Origin: a bacterium
GTDB lineage: Bacteria > Patescibacteriota > Minisyncoccia > Phycocordibacterales > UBA2100
Reading direction: 5' to 3'
DNA length: 64,000 bases
Assembly (NCBI GenBank): GCA_030647655.1
Contig: JAUSJH010000002.1
Span: forward strand, 43,711 to 107,710
Shown here: in pieces, positions 62,614-64,000 of the stretch
How positions within the stretch are numbered: the first letter of the stretch is position 1
Layout: each line of letters starts with the position of its first letter
Made by a program: the position numbers and the translations under genes
The notes under the pieces: model-generated
Database searches by the model: none
Seen by the model: only the letters and a program-made list of their open reading frames with translations
Told to the model about the DNA's origin: nothing

Positions 62614-64000
62614 ATGAGTGAGCAAGATATCCGGCAAGAGCGTCTGAAGAAGCTTGAGATGCTGAAAGCCGCGGGGATGGAAGGCTATCCGGCCGATTCG
62701 CACCGCGACACGAGAAACGCAGACGTCGTCACCGGTTTCGATGAGTTGGAGAAAAATGGCCGCAAGGTTCATATAGGGGGGCGTGTTATGTCTCTGCGTG
62801 GACAGGGCGGCATTATCTTCGCCGATCTGTACGACGGGACCGGACGCATTCAAATTGTATTGCAACAAGAAGAAGTGGAGGAAAAGCTCTTCGGCCTTTT
62901 CGCGAACACAGTAGACATAGGCGATTTTGTCGAGGCTTCGGGCACGATGTTCAAGACAAAGCGCGGGGAACGCTCTCTGAAAGTGCAGAAATGGCGTATG
63001 CTCGCAAAATCACTCCTACCCATTCCGACCGAACATTTTGGTCTCAAAGACGAAGAATTGGTCTTGCGCCAGCGATATCTCAATATCCTTCTCAATCCGG
63101 ATGTACGCGCAATGTTCGAGCGGCGCGCACGATTTTGGCAGGCCGCGCGCTCGTTTTATCTCGCGCGCGGATTTCTCGAAGTAGAAACTCCTGTACTAGA
63201 AACAACGCCGGGAGGGGCTGACGCGCGGCCTTTCAAGACGCATCACAACGCGCTCGACATCGATATATATTTGCGCATCGCTCTCGAATTGTGGCACAAG
63301 CGACTTTTGGTCGCCGGATTTCCCAAAGTATTCGAGATAGGACGCGTCTTTCGCAACGAAGGCCAATCACGCGAGCACTTGCAGGATTTTACGTTCCTCG
63401 AGTCATACGAGGCATACAGCGACCTCGAGAAGGGAAGTGAGTTTCTCAAAGAGCTGTATCGACATATCGTGAAAGAGGTCTACGGAAAATATACGTTCGA
63501 TATCAACGGACACACGGTGGATTTCGCAGAAGAGTGGCCAACTATCGATTTCAGCACGGTCATCAAGAAAGAATTTGGTATTGACCCTATTTCATGCCCC
63601 GAAAAAGAGGCCATTAAAGCCGCGAAGGATGCTGGCGTAACGTTCGGTGATTCACCGAACAAAGCACGTGCGGTGGATCATCTCTGGAAGCAGGTCAGGA
63701 AATCTATCGCCGGCCCTGCGTTTCTCGTCGGTGTTCCGGCATATCTCGAACCACTCGCGAAAAGATCAATCGAGAATCCGGATATCGTCGAGCGGCTACA
63801 GGTCATTCTCGCAGGCTCGGAAATGGGCAAGGGTTTCAGCGAGCTTAATGACCCGCAAGACCAGCGTGCACGATTTGAAGAACAGCAAAAATTACGCGAT
63901 GCCGGCGATGATGAGGCACAACGGCTCGACGAAGACTACATTCGTGCGATGGAGTACGGCATGCCGCCCGCCTTCGGTTTCGGTGTCTCCGAACGCCTCT
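62614..64000 (+). CDS. lysS: lysine--tRNA ligase, class II (3' partial, runs off window)
   Basis: OB-fold anticodon-binding domain (RVMSLRGQGGIIFADL), then class II motifs 1-2 (FEIGRVFRNEG...) and the motif 3 region. No stop before the window end. Confidence 0.9.
   Translation, partial: MSEQDIRQERLKKLEMLKAAGMEGYPADSHRDTRNADVVTGFDELEKNGRKVHIGGRVMSLRGQGGIIFADLYDGTGRIQIVLQQEEVEEKLFGLFANTVDIGDFVEASGTMFKTKRGERSLKVQKWRMLAKSLLPIPTEHFGLKDEELVLRQRYLNILLNPDVRAMFERRARFWQAARSFYLARGFLEVETPVLETTPGGADARPFKTHHNALDIDIYLRIALELWHKRLLVAGFPKVFEIGRVFRNEGQSREHLQDFTFLESYEAYSDLEKGSEFLKELYRHIVKEVYGKYTFDINGHTVDFAEEWPTIDFSTVIKKEFGIDPISCPEKEAIKAAKDAGVTFGDSPNKARAVDHLWKQVRKSIAGPAFLVGVPAYLEPLAKRSIENPDIVERLQVILAGSEMGKGFSELNDPQDQRARFEEQQKLRDAGDDEAQRLDEDYIRAMEYGMPPAFGFGVSERL

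Overview
This 64 kb window is a GC-rich (about 55-60%), gene-dense bacterial chromosome segment. Its content suggests a Patescibacteria/CPR-like genome: many small TrbC/VirB2-type pilin-like membrane proteins, an N-terminally short IF-2, DprA, an FtsQ-like protein, and isolated first-step biosynthetic enzymes. That lineage call is inference only.

Housekeeping genes identified: gyrA, infB-rbfA, a cysteine desulfurase, clpB, rpmG (unannotated, 52 aa), miaA, parB, relA/spoT, topA, dprA, serS, dus, dnaX, an rsuA-family gene, csoR-copA, obg, hisG-hisE, an OTC-family gene, purF, pyrB, dgkA, and a partial lysS. There are eight tRNA genes: Leu-TAG, Lys-CTT, Leu-TAA, Cys-GCA, Tyr-GTA, Trp-CCA, Leu-CAA and Gln-TTG.

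Accessory or unusual content:
- a tandem array of paralogous pilin-like genes (4.5-6.8 kb);
- a low-GC, tRNA-flanked islet (7.0-8.6 kb);
- a LAGLIDADG-like ORF wedged between rpmG and tRNA-Trp;
- partial duplications of tRNA-Leu(CAA) and tRNA-Gln ends;
- three CCGCCA..TGGCGG palindromes around an orphan parB;
- a eukaryote-like PRMT-type methyltransferase;
- a copper/thiol-redox membrane gene cluster downstream of csoR-copA, with a textbook CsoR operator;
- a small island at 45.2-46.9 kb carrying a low-GC Cys-rich gene, tandem 11-mers, and a MazEF-type toxin-antitoxin pair flanked by about 100 bp direct repeats copied from the 3' end of a flavoprotein gene.

No rRNA genes or CRISPR arrays were seen.
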